The notes beneath the pieces were generated by a model, which saw only the letters and a program-made list of their open reading frames with translations, was not told the origin of the DNA and did not search any database. A stretch of DNA of 64,000 nucleotides from Gemmatimonadales bacterium (GTDB taxonomy: Bacteria > Gemmatimonadota > Gemmatimonadetes > Gemmatimonadales > GWC2-71-9): positions 30,439 through 94,438 of the forward strand of contig JBFJHJ010000006.1 of NCBI GenBank assembly GCA_041613315.1, given 5' to 3'. Positions 62,248-64,000 of this stretch are shown in pieces (position 1 is the stretch's first letter; each line of letters opens with the position of its first letter). The translations under genes and the position numbers were made by a program.

Positions 62248-62605
62248 CCGGGGTCTTGCCGTCCAGAACGTCGAGAATGTCGCGCAGCGCCGTCGTCAGG
62301 CTCTCGATCGTCTCGTGCTGCAGGGCAAAGCGCGCTTCGGACTTGAGCGTACCGGTCCGGCGGTACTGCTCGATGCGGCGCCGGGCGCCGTCGATCGTGA
62401 ACTTCTCCGTGTAGAGCAGGTGTTTCACGAGCATGATCAGCTCGATCTCACGCCGCTGGTAGACGCGGTTCCCCGAGCGGTTCTTGGCGGGATTGAGGAA
62501 CCGGAACTGGCTCTCCCAGTACCGCAGCACGTGCGGCTTGAGATCGGTGAGCTGGCAGACATCCCCGATCGAGAAGAACTCCTGGACCGGCCGCGATACC
62601 GTCAT
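62228..62605 (-). CDS. MerR-family HTH protein (short)
   Basis: FFSIGDV, PHVLRYWESQF, GNRVY, FTIDGA. Confidence 0.88.
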   Translation of the reverse strand: MTVSRPVQEFFSIGDVCQLTDLKPHVLRYWESQFRFLNPAKNRSGNRVYQRREIELIMLVKHLLYTEKFTIDGARRRIEQYRRTGTLKSEARFALQHETIESLTTALRDILDVLDGKTPVEHPDQ

Positions 62606-63603
62606 CGCCACCGCTCCGGTTTGGGCTCGCGTTCCATTAGATCCCGGACCGCGCGCTTGGGATCCTTCCCGTCGAAGAGAATGGCGGCCACCTCGTTGGC
62701 AATCGGCAGCTCGACGCCGTGCTGCGTGGCGAGGGCGACGGCCGCCTGCGCCGTCTTCACCCCTTCCGCCACCGTGCGGCGTTCGGCCAAGATCGCGTCG
62801 AGCGGCCGTCCGTGGGCCAGCTCGATGCCCAGCGAGCGGTTCCGGCTCAACGCCCCGGTGGCCGTGAGGATGAGGTCGCCCATGCCCGCGAGGCCGGCGA
62901 AGGTCAGGGGCTTCGCCCCCATCGCCTCCCCCAGCCGGGTCATTTCGGCGAGCGCGCGCGTGAGGAGGGCTGCGCGGGAATTGTCGCCTAATCCGAGCCC
63001 GTGGAGCATCCCCGCGGCGATCGCCACGACGTTCTTGAGCGCGCCGCCTAGTTGCACGCCCAGCACGTCGTCGCTGGTGTACACCCGGAAGTAGGTGGTT
63101 CGGAAGGCCCGCTGCGCCATGGCGGCGGCCGCCGGGTCTCGGGACGCGACGACCACCGCGGTCGGCTGGCGGTCGTAGACCTCCTTCGCAAAGCTCGGGC
63201 CCGAGAGCACGGCGATCGGGGCTCCCGGGAGCGTTTCCTCCAGCACCTCGCTCATCGTCTTGTGCGATTCGGCCTCGAGGCCCTTGGAAACGCTCACTAC
63301 GAGGGGCGGTCGAGCGCCGTCCAAGGCCCCACCGACGCCCGTGGACACCGTTCGCGCCACATGCGACGGCATCGCCGAGACGATGAGCTCCGTCCCCGCC
63401 ACGGCGTGGGCCAGGTCGTTCGACGCGGACAACTCCGGGGCGAGGGGCATGCCGGCCAGGAAGACCGGGTTCACGTGCTCGCGGGCGATCGCATCGGCGA
63501 CATCCGCCTCGTATGCCCACAAGCGCACGTGATGCCCCTGCCGCGCCAGCAAATCGGCGAGCGCGGTACCCCAGCTTCCGGCGCCGATCACGCTGATCTT
63601 CAT
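62602..63603 (-). CDS. gpsA: NAD(P)H-dependent glycerol-3-phosphate dehydrogenase
   Basis: GAGSWGTA, LSGPSFA, GALKN, GDLILT, SRNR. Confidence 0.96.
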   Translation of the reverse strand: MKISVIGAGSWGTALADLLARQGHHVRLWAYEADVADAIAREHVNPVFLAGMPLAPELSASNDLAHAVAGTELIVSAMPSHVARTVSTGVGGALDGARPPLVVSVSKGLEAESHKTMSEVLEETLPGAPIAVLSGPSFAKEVYDRQPTAVVVASRDPAAAAMAQRAFRTTYFRVYTSDDVLGVQLGGALKNVVAIAAGMLHGLGLGDNSRAALLTRALAEMTRLGEAMGAKPLTFAGLAGMGDLILTATGALSRNRSLGIELAHGRPLDAILAERRTVAEGVKTAQAAVALATQHGVELPIANEVAAILFDGKDPKRAVRDLMEREPKPERWR

Positions 63604-64000
63604 GATCCGTCCGACGCGCCCCCCGGCCGCCGGCCAAAGCGGTGTTCCGTGCCCGACCGAAGTCGGCGGATGTTCGTCCGGTGCGTGTAGACGATGAACG
63701 CCGCCAACACGATGCTCGTTGCGAGCACGTAGCGGTTCCCGCTGCCCACGAGCGCGACCGCGGCCGGGAAGCTGACGGCGCCGAGGAGCGACGCGAGCGA
63801 CACGTACCGGGTGCTGAGCAGGATCGCGATCCAGACGACCGCCGACGCACCGAAGGCCGCGGGCTCAAGTGCCAGCACGACGCCGGCCGCCGTGGCGACC
63901 CCCTTCCCGCCCCGGAACCTCATGTAGATCGGGAACACGTGGCCCGTCACCGCGGCGACCCCCGCGGCCAGCGGCAACCAGGCGCCGCCCCCGCCCTCCC
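63600..64000 (-). CDS. plsY: Glycerol-3-phosphate acyltransferase PlsY (5' end outside window)
   Basis: GHVFP, FRGGKGVAT, YVSLAS, H..NI.RL..GTE. Confidence 0.92.
   Translation of the reverse strand, partial: EGGGGAWLPLAAGVAAVTGHVFPIYMRFRGGKGVATAAGVVLALEPAAFGASAVVWIAILLSTRYVSLASLLGAVSFPAAVALVGSGNRYVLATSIVLAAFIVYTHRTNIRRLRSGTEHRFGRRPGGASDGS

Overview
High-GC (~70%) bacterial core-genome segment, most likely Gemmatimonadota (inferred from gene order and protein style, not verified). A short mixed-strand block comes first: exported proteins, an amidohydrolase, a cytochrome c and dcd. Then 51 consecutive + strand housekeeping genes run from 6911 to 58166: nuoA-N, PMM/PGM, UPF0182, carbamate kinase-sucCD-EIIA/CBS-ndk, yceD-rpmF-plsX-fab, mqnE/A/C, purE, ispF, xerD, kdsB-pyrG-kdsA-lptCAB-rpoN, a five-gene glycosylation cluster and dapF. 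They converge on a clear 28-bp dif site (58272-58299), after which all genes, including tRNA-Arg(CCT), are on the - strand, so the window spans the replication terminus. The most interesting signals are non-coding: DnaA-box-like sites next to dif and inside an AT-rich patch of acyP, a Rex-type operator at nuoA, an IHF site plus an imperfect sigma54 site over the promoter of the rpoN-containing operon, and dispersed degenerate 7/8/9-mer tandem arrays at gene junctions. Several proteins are atypical (CX5CX2C MqnE, N-terminally extended LptB, a GT2 with an altered DxD motif, probable CTG starts). No prophage, IS, CRISPR array or rRNA was seen. All motif calls are by eye.
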